DNA of 64,000 bases from a virus: the IMG/VR virus record IMGVR_UViG_3300045988_171958, positions 32,001 through 96,000 of that record; one strand, given 5' to 3'. Below, piece after piece: positions 8,503-17,722 of the stretch. The position numbers and the translations under genes are program-made. Below the pieces are notes generated by a model. It was not told the origin of the DNA. It searched no databases and saw only the letters and a program-made list of their open reading frames with translations. Positions within the stretch are counted from its first letter, which is position 1; each line of letters opens with the position of its first letter.

Positions 8503-10155
8503 TTATAAGAAGAAGAACTGTATTGGTTCTACTTGCTGTTGAGTCATATCATCATAAGTCATAGTACATTTATGGATGATTGGCATTTCTAAATTTGTTT
8601 TAAGTCTTATATTTCCAACTTCATCTAATCCAATCATATCTGACTTATCATATATTGTTCTTATATCAACATAACTTAAATCTTTAGATGATGTAAAATG
8701 AAGTTCCTTCTTATTCCAATAACCCTTGTATCTAGCTATCTCATCTGCTTCTGATATGAAATCTAAATCAAAACTAAGTAATCCTGTGGTATTTTCTATA
8801 ACATACGATATCAATTCAGATTTACTTATAAATAATGTATCAGTAGGTAATGACATGAAGTAATTAGATATTACATTAGTTATGCTATTTTTTATAGAAT
8901 CTTTTATTGTAGATGTCGATAGCTTTATATAACACATGATAGAATATCTTCTTATTATTGGATCTACAAAAGTAAGGGAAGTACCAACAAAAGCCTTATT
9001 TGATTGTTCTAAAGCCTGAATAATCATAGATTTTTGATTATCAGTCAATAACATAGATTCTTTACTTAATTTCAAATAATCACTTGGGGTGGATAAATGA
9101 TCTTTAAATTTAGAAAATGCAATACAAGTTATCTTTGTAGAATTTCTAGATGACATCAAATTGAATTGTCCAACAAATGAAAATCTCTTTAAGAACATTT
9201 TGAAATTGTCTTCACTTGCTAATACTAAAGATCGAGAATTCATACCAACTAATTCTTTTACATTTGCGATAGTATCGGCATCTGTACCTCCACATATATA
9301 GCTTGTTATTGTGATATTTAGCAAATCATTAGCTTCTACTAAATCTCCAATAGAATTTCTTATGGAAGATTTGAATTTTAAAGTAACATCATCTGATGGT
9401 GAAATATTTCCAAGACTTCCATCATGTGATATGTATTTTACAGTTATTTGGTCTCCTTCATTCAAATTGTGACCATGATATCCATTACCAAACATAACAG
9501 AGAAACCTCCATCATATCCATTCTTTACTACACAGCTATGTTCATCTTCTATCATATCATACAAACAACTTGATATTGACCATCTTTCTCCATTCACATA
9601 TACTTTCATGTGATTGATATCATACAAGCTATTTACTTCTGCCTCTATTGTTTCCAATGGTTCTCCTTTAGCTGTAGCTGTTGCTCTTTTCCAAGTACCT
9701 TGTAAAATAGATATGGAATGTGTTACTAATGGCTTGCTCATATCTATTACTATAGAATCAACTGGTAAATCAACTGAATATGTTACACCGGTTGACTCAT
9801 TCATCAACTGACATTCATCTTCTATAACTATCTTATCTGTTGAATTAGATATCTTATTAGAAATAAGCACAGTACCTGAAGCTGAAGCGCCATAATATGC
9901 ATCATATCCGCTTATCTTTGCTAAACTATATATTGATTTCTTTCTAGTAGCAGTAAATATATTCTGTTCTGTCATAGCATCTTCTATGTAGAACATCATA
10001 TTTTGCATGACACCCTTTATTCCTTCTAATACGGATCCAAATATTGATGATTGAGAATATGCTTGTCCTAAACCACCAAATGATTTGTTGAGAAAATCCT
10101 GCATGGTTTCAGAAAAATTCTCATAAGATGTCTTTAATATTTCAAATAGTCTCAT
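8503..10155 (-). CDS. baseplate wedge protein, gp6 / Baseplate_J-like
   Basis: 550-aa ORF that starts immediately after the stop of the gp25-like gene. The size, the synteny (W then J) and the N-terminal region resemble the Baseplate_J family. This is recognition by eye only. Confidence 0.5.
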   Translation of the reverse strand: MRLFEILKTSYENFSETMQDFLNKSFGGLGQAYSQSSIFGSVLEGIKGVMQNMMFYIEDAMTEQNIFTATRKKSIYSLAKISGYDAYYGASASGTVLISNKISNSTDKIVIEDECQLMNESTGVTYSVDLPVDSIVIDMSKPLVTHSISILQGTWKRATATAKGEPLETIEAEVNSLYDINHMKVYVNGERWSISSCLYDMIEDEHSCVVKNGYDGGFSVMFGNGYHGHNLNEGDQITVKYISHDGSLGNISPSDDVTLKFKSSIRNSIGDLVEANDLLNITITSYICGGTDADTIANVKELVGMNSRSLVLASEDNFKMFLKRFSFVGQFNLMSSRNSTKITCIAFSKFKDHLSTPSDYLKLSKESMLLTDNQKSMIIQALEQSNKAFVGTSLTFVDPIIRRYSIMCYIKLSTSTIKDSIKNSITNVISNYFMSLPTDTLFISKSELISYVIENTTGLLSFDLDFISEADEIARYKGYWNKKELHFTSSKDLSYVDIRTIYDKSDMIGLDEVGNIRLKTNLEMPIIHKCTMTYDDMTQQQVEPIQFFFL

Positions 10156-10509
10156 TTATCTGTATTGATATTTCTTTTCTTTAACTAGATTACCAGTATT
10201 TGGTGCTTTTAAACCTATCTTAACCTCATATATGTCTCGCAAAGATCCTTTTATGACGTTTACTTCTATGCTTACATTCAACTTATTGCACCAATAGGTA
10301 TTTTCTATTATCTTTCGTTGTATGTATGATTGTACTTCCATAGGAGATGGAGTCATTTGCCATAAGAACTGTTCCATGTTTACCCCGAATCCTGGGTTTC
10401 CTAAAACTTGAGTACAATTAGTTCCAAGCAACAAATCTAATTCTTGTATGGCAGCATCATAAGGGGATTCTATTACTTTGCTATTATCTAATGCAAGATC
10501 TATTTCCAT
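10156..10509 (-). CDS. baseplate wedge protein, gp25 / GPW-like
   Basis: 117 aa. ..IQELDLLLGTNCTQVLGNPGFGVNMEQFLWQ.. resembles the T4 gp25 core (..TRKGSRPFDPEFGCDLSDQLFE..), and the size is typical of GPW/gp25. Confidence 0.65.
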   Translation of the reverse strand: MEIDLALDNSKVIESPYDAAIQELDLLLGTNCTQVLGNPGFGVNMEQFLWQMTPSPMEVQSYIQRKIIENTYWCNKLNVSIEVNVIKGSLRDIYEVKIGLKAPNTGNLVKEKKYQYR

Positions 10510-10511
10510 TC

Positions 10512-12323
10512 TTATTCTATAGTATAATTTCCAGTAGATATGTATTCATTTTCAGAAGTCAGAATATCATATTTTCCAGTTGCTTCATTTATAAGCTTAG
10601 AATTTATATTGAATATTACAAATGAAGATGTTCTTGAACTTTCATGCCACTTGTTTTCTCCTATTGACAATATGAATTCATCTACTTTGTTTACATAAGA
10701 AGATAATGATATTCCAATGTTTTGTGCCATGTTTGAACGCAATACTATATTCTGCAACTCTTGAACTTTAAAGAATATTGGTTTGTAAATTATTCTTGGT
10801 TGAACAGAATTCTTTTGTATTTGCTGTTTGTCATCATTACTCTTTACTATACGGCAATTCATATTGCTTATGAAGTTGAAATTCTCTTTATTCATATCAT
10901 CAATATCTGTTTCTTTTTTCTTTATAGACAATCTAGTATACTGTTGTTCATTTATTGTATATTTCAATTTGTCTTTGGTAAATAATACAGTAGGAGAAGA
11001 ACAGTTCTTACCAATAGCTCTGTCTTCCATTATGAGTCTTACATAAACATTATCTGGTACTTGTGACCATTTAGAAAATAGGTCTTTCATAGGAAACAAA
11101 AAGTCATCAACCCTATCAGAATATGATATTTCTTCATGTATTATGTTTTTTGACAGATAGTCAGAAGAAACAATACATGTATATTTTACCATTTCTAAGC
11201 TATCACCTAAAATTTCTTTCAAATCTTCATAATCTTTAGCCTTTTCTGATAATAGCTTATATTTAGAAAAATCAGTACTATATATTCTTTGCCAAGCAGA
11301 TTCTATAGAAGAAAATGATTCTGGATAGCAAAATCTACCAACTACTGATATTGTACCATCTATAAATTCAAATGATGCTTTTATTGACATTTTAAAGTCG
11401 TCGACAAAATAACAAGAAGCCGGTTTAGCATATTTGTTTATAGTGAATATTCCATTATCTGATATTGATTTCCATGGATATAAAGTCATGTTTAATGAAA
11501 TCATTTCAGGAATAGAATATGGATTTTCAACGTATTCTTTCATTTCTGTTCCATCATCTTCCTTATGATATTTCCAATAATGCAACAGTAAGTTCATATC
11601 TGCTAATTGTATGCATCCATTTTTTGGATTTTCTAATTCCCTATATACCTGGTAATCCGTATCTTTATGAATGGTTCTATTTAAAGCATTAGTTTCTTCA
11701 GCATATTTTATCTTATCTTGTGAATATTCATTTCTGAATATCAATGATGGTTCTTCTATATATGTAGAACCATATAAAACATCTCTAAAGTCAGGAATTT
11801 CTATTTCAAAATACTCATTGTATATATCCTGATTTAATCGTCTTTCTTTACCAGTATGTTTATCCTCACATTTTATCATATCACAGTACCAATGGATATG
11901 TAAAGAGTTTACCCAGCTATCAACATACAATATCATGTTACGATTCAAATCAGTTGTTGGATGCCATATTCTAAGCTTTATTGTTTTAACATTCTTTATA
12001 TATAGATCTTCATCAAGCAATCTGTTGTATGAATATCCACCCAATGTAGAATCATGTTCTGGAATTGAGTATTCATGTTTAATAGATTCAGAAAATGCAT
12101 CTGAATTTGTTGACATCAACGGAATTCCTGTTGTATTAGTAGATGGCCATATTTTAGGGGTACCCCTATCTATTGGAGCTAAGTATATATCTGTATCTAT
12201 GGTCATATCATTTATGACATCAGTATTTCTGAATGCAACATATTGTTTAGTAGAAATTATATCAGAATCAATCATTTCTACTAAATATTTATCTCCATTT
12301 ATTATGATTGTGTTGCTTTTCAT
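10512..12323 (-). CDS. putative baseplate/tail structural protein
   Basis: 603-aa ORF directly upstream of the gp25-like gene (3-nt gap). Function is inferred from position only. Confidence 0.45.
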   Translation of the reverse strand: MKSNTIIINGDKYLVEMIDSDIISTKQYVAFRNTDVINDMTIDTDIYLAPIDRGTPKIWPSTNTTGIPLMSTNSDAFSESIKHEYSIPEHDSTLGGYSYNRLLDEDLYIKNVKTIKLRIWHPTTDLNRNMILYVDSWVNSLHIHWYCDMIKCEDKHTGKERRLNQDIYNEYFEIEIPDFRDVLYGSTYIEEPSLIFRNEYSQDKIKYAEETNALNRTIHKDTDYQVYRELENPKNGCIQLADMNLLLHYWKYHKEDDGTEMKEYVENPYSIPEMISLNMTLYPWKSISDNGIFTINKYAKPASCYFVDDFKMSIKASFEFIDGTISVVGRFCYPESFSSIESAWQRIYSTDFSKYKLLSEKAKDYEDLKEILGDSLEMVKYTCIVSSDYLSKNIIHEEISYSDRVDDFLFPMKDLFSKWSQVPDNVYVRLIMEDRAIGKNCSSPTVLFTKDKLKYTINEQQYTRLSIKKKETDIDDMNKENFNFISNMNCRIVKSNDDKQQIQKNSVQPRIIYKPIFFKVQELQNIVLRSNMAQNIGISLSSYVNKVDEFILSIGENKWHESSRTSSFVIFNINSKLINEATGKYDILTSENEYISTGNYTIE

Positions 12324-12379
12324 GTAAGTTAGATATATGCTTAAGTAAAAATATCATCAATTGAATATCTTTTAAGAGT

Positions 12380-12470
12380 TCACCAGGAACAACAAAAAAT
12401 GCTTTAGACATATAATTTATAGTCTAAAGCATTTTCCAATCCCTGACCGCCCCAGGCGCTATTCTAGGGA
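12380..12470 (-). repeat. GC-rich structured element, copy B (minus orientation)
   Basis: The reverse complement reads AGCGCCTGGGGCGGTCAGGGATTGGAAAATGCTTTAGAC..GTCTAAAGCATTTTTTGTTGTTCCTGGTGA, with a 12-bp inner hairpin. It starts 9 nt after the stop of the 12479-14245 gene. Confidence 0.7.
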
Positions 12471-12478
12471 ATCCATGA

Positions 12479-14245
12479 TTATGAATCTATTGATACTACT
12501 AATGGGTCACCAATAGTAGATGGAGCAACAGTTATTTCATCTTCTGGTCTTGGCAATACACCTGAAGAAATGAGTTTTCTAACTAAATGATCTGTCTTTT
12601 CTCCTAAAGCATCTGTATCAATATTCTTTATTCTAAAGAAGTACTTGAAGTGTGAATAGTCAGATAGTTGTACTCCATAAAGATAAGAAGTATCAAACCA
12701 TTTTCCTGCACCCGCATATATACCACAATGATTCAATATAGTAGATTCATTCTTTACACCTATATCACCAGGTTTAAGATCATCAACAGATATTCTTTCC
12801 CAATCATTATCACTGAATAAAGTGAAGAAGTCAACACACATGTTAGGTGTCTTTACATTCAATGCCTTCTTCATTACATATTTGATATATCCAGAACAAT
12901 CCAATCCATATTCTGGTTTGTCTTTACCATGTATCTTATAGAAAAGACCTGGTTGCATAAGTAAGCAGTTGTACATTACTTCTTGTCTCTTACTAGATAT
13001 AAGTGACCAGTCATGTTCCCAAAGTTCAAGAATAGTATTTTTGTCGTATGATGTAAAGCATCTGCCTTTGTCTTGGCCAAATTCAAAATCATCAGTATGG
13101 TAGATAGCATTCTTCTTCATGTATGCTTCTATCTTATCTATCACAATGTCAAACATATTATGCTTGATTTGTTGTGATATTCCTTGAACACCCGGACTTG
13201 AATTATATTCTATTACAAAGTCACCATCAGTACAAGCCATCAAGTCAATACCAACCCATCTGCATCCAGAAAGCTTAGCAACCTTCAATGCAATTTCTTT
13301 TTGCTTGTCTGTCATCTGGTATTCTTCTGTCTTAGCTCCTAATGAGACATTGCTTCTGAAGTCGCCACTTATCTTATCACGTTTCATACAAGCAAGTATC
13401 TCATAATTAGCACCATCAACGGAAAATGCATGTACACGAATGTCACCAGTATTCTCTTTATATTCTTGTATGATGAATTCTGCTTCTTTATCCACAGCAA
13501 ACATAGCTTGCAGTATTCCTTCTATTTCATCATGATTGCAGATGAATACACCAATACCAAGACTACCATTCAGTATCTTTACTACGTATTGTCTGTTTTC
13601 TTTCAGTTCATTTATGTTCTCATTATCTTTATAGATAGAATCAAGCATCTTCCAGAAACTTTCTCTAGTATCGTGGCATTCTGTATTCAAGTCCTCCATC
13701 AATTCTCTTGTTATCAGTACATATCCTGGCTGTGGAATATTTTCTTTAGCCAATAAGTTAGATGCAAGATACTTGTCAGATGCCATGATGATTTCATCTA
13801 TAGTATTCAGCATGAAGAAACCTTCATATTCAAATGCCCTCATCAACCCAATATAGTTTTTCTTATTGTCATCATTAGCTTGACCTTGGAATATGATAGT
13901 ATCATGAATGTTAGAATGTTTCAATGAGAAATGCATGTCTGTTATATCATCATCTATAGATATGATATGATTAGAATAAGTAAATCGTACTGTTGCTTTG
14001 TTCAACCATACAAGATTCAGCTTTCTCTTATGACAGCAAATAGTCAAATAATCTTGATAAGACCAATCTTCTTCTTTTTCTTCTGCCGCTTCATCGTAAC
14101 TCTTTACTTTCTTTTCTCCAACATAGAAGCATATTACATTCTTTATTTCTAACTTGGTATCATTTTTCAGAAGCGTCATTGCTTCATTTATGTTTGCATG
14201 CCCTATGTTCTTATATTCTTTTTCCATTTTATTTACAAAGTTCAT
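12479..14245 (-). CDS. RimK-like ATP-grasp ligase fused to a C-terminal NlpC/P60 peptidase domain
   Basis: ATP-grasp motifs: VVKILNGSLGIGVF, GDIRVHAF, RSNVSLGAKTEEY and WVGIDLM..EYNSSPGVQG. NlpC/P60 motifs: GLDCSGYIKYV (catalytic Cys) and LNHCGIYAGAGKWFDTS (His). Confidence 0.75.
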   Translation of the reverse strand: MNFVNKMEKEYKNIGHANINEAMTLLKNDTKLEIKNVICFYVGEKKVKSYDEAAEEKEEDWSYQDYLTICCHKRKLNLVWLNKATVRFTYSNHIISIDDDITDMHFSLKHSNIHDTIIFQGQANDDNKKNYIGLMRAFEYEGFFMLNTIDEIIMASDKYLASNLLAKENIPQPGYVLITRELMEDLNTECHDTRESFWKMLDSIYKDNENINELKENRQYVVKILNGSLGIGVFICNHDEIEGILQAMFAVDKEAEFIIQEYKENTGDIRVHAFSVDGANYEILACMKRDKISGDFRSNVSLGAKTEEYQMTDKQKEIALKVAKLSGCRWVGIDLMACTDGDFVIEYNSSPGVQGISQQIKHNMFDIVIDKIEAYMKKNAIYHTDDFEFGQDKGRCFTSYDKNTILELWEHDWSLISSKRQEVMYNCLLMQPGLFYKIHGKDKPEYGLDCSGYIKYVMKKALNVKTPNMCVDFFTLFSDNDWERISVDDLKPGDIGVKNESTILNHCGIYAGAGKWFDTSYLYGVQLSDYSHFKYFFRIKNIDTDALGEKTDHLVRKLISSGVLPRPEDEITVAPSTIGDPLVVSIDS

Positions 14246-15293
14246 TTATAGCTTCTACTAACTTTTCAAAGAACTTACAATTAGTTTCTTCTATGTTAGG
14301 GTCATTGATAGGAGAGCTCGGTCCAGGTGCACCATTCAATTCTACTACTATAGTGTTTCCATTCTGTAATGGTAGCATGTCAACACCACACCATTCAAGA
14401 CCAGATGCTTTAGCAGCTGCTAAAGCCAGCTTTTCTTGTTCAGAAGTCATCTTGTAGTCATCTTCCATGTCACAACCAAGACTGAGATTAGTTCTGAAGT
14501 CTTTACCTTTCTTTCTCATGATAGAAGACAATATCTTTTGCTTACCATTCAATGTAAGTACATGAGCTCTGATATCACCATCTTTTATATCTTGAAAGTC
14601 TTGTATGAGTATTGGACAGTTTTCCTTCAATTTGAACAAACATTGCAATATAGATACAATGTTTTTGCCACGACAGCAAAACACACCTTTGCCACCATGT
14701 CCATTCAGAATCTTACAAACATATTTTAATCCATCATCAAGCTTACCATAGAGTTGCTTTAGCTTTTCATCTAGCTTCTTATGATCTTCTTTATCTATAT
14801 CACCAGAAGTTGCAAGTACATATTTTGGTTGTGGAAGTTCTGCTTTTGTCAAGAAACATGCAGTTGCATATTTATCAGATGACATAGCTACTGCTTCTGG
14901 ATTGTTCAATATCAGTATATCTAATTCTTGTATAGCATCAAGTAAAGCTGATATCACTTCCTTAGTATATCCACTACGCATCAATACTACTGTGTTCTTA
15001 GAATCTGCTTTAGTAAGTACTACATCTGGCAAGTCTTTCTCTCCACTATATATGTGTACTTTATCATCTTTGAAAGAAAAGTTGAGCTTGGTAGGATCTG
15101 CATATTCTACTTTTATCTTATCTCTCTTAAGCATCTTTACAGAATTCAAGTAAAGTTCACCTATCAATATTATTCTTTCTACTTTCTTAAGCTTAGTATG
15201 ATTTTCTACTTTACTGTTACTGTTTTTTTCTACTATATATTCTATAGATTTCAGTTCAGTAATGTAGTTTGTTCCATTGTACTTCATTTTCAA
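14229..15293 (-). CDS. RimK-like ATP-grasp ligase (paralogue of the previous gene, without a peptidase domain)
   Basis: VCKILNGHGGKGVF, GDIRAHVL, FRTNLSLGCDMEDY and WCGVDMLP..VVELNGAPG align with the neighbour. There is a 17-nt overlap with the downstream gene. Confidence 0.75.
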   Translation of the reverse strand: MKMKYNGTNYITELKSIEYIVEKNSNSKVENHTKLKKVERIILIGELYLNSVKMLKRDKIKVEYADPTKLNFSFKDDKVHIYSGEKDLPDVVLTKADSKNTVVLMRSGYTKEVISALLDAIQELDILILNNPEAVAMSSDKYATACFLTKAELPQPKYVLATSGDIDKEDHKKLDEKLKQLYGKLDDGLKYVCKILNGHGGKGVFCCRGKNIVSILQCLFKLKENCPILIQDFQDIKDGDIRAHVLTLNGKQKILSSIMRKKGKDFRTNLSLGCDMEDDYKMTSEQEKLALAAAKASGLEWCGVDMLPLQNGNTIVVELNGAPGPSSPINDPNIEETNCKFFEKLVEAINELCK

Positions 15294-15324
15294 ATTGAAT
15301 AAATCTTATATATGTAAAAATACT

Positions 15325-15355
15325 TTTGAAAAGTTTATGCACACTTTACTATATT
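15325..15355 (+). promoter_or_regulatory. promoter (TTTGAAAA-N12-TTTACTATATT variant)
   Basis: Lies in the divergent region between 15293 and 15382. It is the same variant as the element at 16505-16535. Confidence 0.45.
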
Positions 15356-15381
15356 GTAAATATGTTAACTATGTTATAAAT

Positions 15382-15675
15382 ATGAGTAGAATAATAGAAA
15401 TAGAAAGAGATAGCAGACCAGTAAATATAAAAGTAGGATATCTTCCAACAGAAGAAACTACTGTATATATCAAATGGGCCATATATAAAAAGAAGCATAA
15501 GTTTCTTTGGAAGACTTGGTATACATTTGATTATGACTTGACTGTACCATATATATCAGAAAAGCCATTGTCCGCAGCAGAACGTGAATCTAACATCAAA
15601 TTAGAATTAGCTAGTATAGAAGTAAGGCATAGTATCTATCAGAGAATTTTAAGTAAAAAGATGCAATTAAATTGA
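15382..15675 (+). CDS. hypothetical protein
   Basis: The internal ATG (MSRIIEIERD..) was chosen because the track start at 15277 overlaps the divergent gene and the promoter. Confidence 0.55.
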   Translation: MSRIIEIERDSRPVNIKVGYLPTEETTVYIKWAIYKKKHKFLWKTWYTFDYDLTVPYISEKPLSAAERESNIKLELASIEVRHSIYQRILSKKMQLN

Positions 15676-15699
15676 AATTTTCTATAAAGATTCTATATT
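15672..15699 (+). promoter_or_regulatory. promoter (TTGAAAT-N12-TTCTATATT)
   Basis: Consensus match, followed by TATTATGTA as in the other copies. Confidence 0.55.
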
Positions 15700-15737
15700 T
15701 ATTATGTATTATTTAAAACATTTAAAATTTGATTATT

Positions 15738-16247
15738 ATGGTTATTGCAATTATTTTAATATTGTTATCAGTTTGCTTGTTCTTGGGTTATTGCATTTAC
15801 TCAACATTTAGTGAAAGCAATTTTGATATTATAAATGATATCAGATATGATAAGAAAGGTTTCTTTGGAAGTATTGCTGTTATCATTGTATGTTTGGTAG
15901 GAATTTACTTCTGCTTTGTAACACCTACTTCATTTATCAGAAATGAGTATGTACATAAGAATGGTACAATGACAGTAGTTGAATATTCACTTACAGGTGA
16001 TTCTACAACCAATACTAATGTTAAGTTGCCAAAGACTACTTATGGAACTGTAAAAGAAGTAAAATTCCATTCAAGACTTAATGGTAAGATTTGGAATTAT
16101 TATACTGATGTTACTGTTCACCTTAATGATGGTAGAGTACTTTATAAGGAGCTTAGTGGTAAGAGAAAGTCTATTAAGGAAGGCAATGGAATGTCATTGA
16201 CAGAAACATTCTATCCTTATTACGAAATGGAATTTACATTTAATTAA
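15738..16247 (+). CDS. membrane protein with two N-terminal TM segments
   Basis: First ATG in the ORF. MVIAIILILLSVCLFLGYCIY and GSIAVIIVCLVGIYFCFV are hydrophobic helices. Confidence 0.65.
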   Translation: MVIAIILILLSVCLFLGYCIYSTFSESNFDIINDIRYDKKGFFGSIAVIIVCLVGIYFCFVTPTSFIRNEYVHKNGTMTVVEYSLTGDSTTNTNVKLPKTTYGTVKEVKFHSRLNGKIWNYYTDVTVHLNDGRVLYKELSGKRKSIKEGNGMSLTETFYPYYEMEFTFN

Positions 16248-16254
16248 TATATAC

Positions 16255-16503
16255 ATGGAAGCAGTTGGATTTATCTTAGTAGGAATATTGATAGGTGCAT
16301 GTTTAGTCACTTTAATGTCATTATGGGTATATCATCAATCATGTCCAAATTATACAGAAAGAGAAACTGGAGTTATTTGGCACTTGAAAACAGTAGCAGC
16401 AGATGCATTTTCTGGTAAAGCTGTCTATATAATGCAATCTACTAAGACAGCAGAAGTATTAGCAATGAATATGCAAGATTTTAACAACAGGTTCAGACAA
16501 TAA
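16255..16503 (+). CDS. small single-pass membrane protein
   Basis: 82-aa ORF with N-terminal VGFILVGILIGACLVTLMSLWV. Confidence 0.55.
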   Translation: MEAVGFILVGILIGACLVTLMSLWVYHQSCPNYTERETGVIWHLKTVAADAFSGKAVYIMQSTKTAEVLAMNMQDFNNRFRQ

Positions 16504-16518
16504 GTTTGAACCTGTTTT
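16488..16518 (+). terminator. intrinsic terminator
   Basis: Stem CAGGTTCA (16488-16495) / TGAACCTG (16507-16514), followed by TTTT. It spans the stop codon. Confidence 0.65.
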
Positions 16519-16535
16519 AGTCTAATTACTATATT
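16505..16535 (+). promoter_or_regulatory. promoter (TTTGAACC-N12-ATTACTATATT) of the U32 operon
   Basis: The -35-like box lies in the 3' arm of the preceding terminator hairpin, the same nested arrangement seen at several other promoters in the window. Confidence 0.45.
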
Positions 16536-16576
16536 AATATTAATATTAAAGTTTAATTAAAAAGAAAGAAGTAAAT

Positions 16577-17722
16577 ATGAGTTGGAAACCTAATTTTGAT
16601 TACAGCAACAAGAACATGAACTTTTATAAAGTTGGTTGTAATTTCGATCCTAAATTGATTGATGTTGCTGTAGAGTTGAATAAGAAATATAAGGGTAAGT
16701 CACAGATTGTAGAATTTTTTGGATCTGATGCAAGTAATGAAGTAGTAACTGCAAGACCAGGTTGGAGATTGCCAGATATTGATAAAGAATTCTTTGCAAA
16801 TTATGTAAAGAAGTTGAAGGATAACAATATCGCATTCAACTATACAATGAATTCAATTCAGCCTTATGGTTCAAAAATGGAAATGCTGAATCATAAGAAA
16901 GATATTCAGGATCTTGTAAAATGGCTAGAAAATATTGGTGTAGCACGTATTACTGTGGCAAACCCAATGATGTTACTTTTTATTAGAGAAGTATCAAATA
17001 TTGAAATTGAGATGTCATGTATTTCTCATATTGATACTGTGACTCAGTTGAAGTATTATCATGAAACATTTGGAGTAAATAAGTTCTGTAATTCAATTCT
17101 TAAGAATCGTAATAAGCATTTCTTAATTAATGCACAGAAGTATTGTGATGAAAATGGTTGCATATTAGAATGTATGGCAAATGAATTTTGTGGAGTAGCT
17201 GGTGTTGATGGAAATGGTACTCATTATGCCACACATTGTGTATTTAGAGATTCTTGCTATCTCTGTCATGCAACAAACAAGACAAAAGAGGATAGTATGT
17301 CTTACAATAATTATCCAATGGGATATTGTATGTCAGCACGTTCATCAACTCCAGAAGCTTGGCTTCGTATGAGATTCATTAGACCAGAGGATCAAAAAAT
17401 TTATCGTGAAAATACTGGTGTAAATTATTTTAAACTTTCTGGTAGAACTGGTACCACAGATTATCTTGAATACATTATGAATGCATATATGTCAGAAAAC
17501 TATGATGGTAATCTTCTTGGTTTGTGGAAACCTCTTTCATCAATTTATGATGGAAAAACAGAATTGAAATCTAAAACAGATATTGATATTCCAAATAAGA
17601 AGCTTGATGGATTCATCAATAAGTGGATGGATGGAAATGGATGGGAATGTGCTGACCAGATGTGTGGTACAACCTGTGATTATTGTGCAAAATTTGCTAA
17701 AGAACATAACTTATATGACTAA
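16577..17722 (+). CDS. peptidase-U32-family protein (RlhA/TrhP/UbiU-type putative hydroxylase)
   Basis: TIM-barrel-like N-terminal half (..VARITVANPMMLLFIREV..IEMSCISHIDT..), a Cys-rich block (ECMANEFCGV..THCVFRDSCYLCH) and ..VNYFKLSGRTGTTDYLEYIMNAY (compare the KIEGR block of E. coli YhbU). Family recognised by eye. Confidence 0.6.
   Translation: MSWKPNFDYSNKNMNFYKVGCNFDPKLIDVAVELNKKYKGKSQIVEFFGSDASNEVVTARPGWRLPDIDKEFFANYVKKLKDNNIAFNYTMNSIQPYGSKMEMLNHKKDIQDLVKWLENIGVARITVANPMMLLFIREVSNIEIEMSCISHIDTVTQLKYYHETFGVNKFCNSILKNRNKHFLINAQKYCDENGCILECMANEFCGVAGVDGNGTHYATHCVFRDSCYLCHATNKTKEDSMSYNNYPMGYCMSARSSTPEAWLRMRFIRPEDQKIYRENTGVNYFKLSGRTGTTDYLEYIMNAYMSENYDGNLLGLWKPLSSIYDGKTELKSKTDIDIPNKKLDGFINKWMDGNGWECADQMCGTTCDYCAKFAKEHNLYD

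Noticed and set aside
8503-12323. Assigning specific T4 names (gp27, gp5, gp7) to the 603-aa and 305-aa proteins next to the gp25/gp6-like genes
   Set aside because: Only gene order supports this, and I saw no sequence motif such as a lysozyme or OB-fold signature. They are kept as generic structural or hypothetical proteins.
15277-15381. Long N-terminal extensions given in the ORF track (15277 start; also 26722-27285, 21821, 17583, 17956, 41814, 44025, 45191, 45489 and 25467)
   Set aside because: The extensions overlap the preceding or divergent gene or run through promoter and terminator elements, and they translate to low-complexity sequence. Internal ATGs give compact, non-overlapping or ATGA-coupled gene arrangements.
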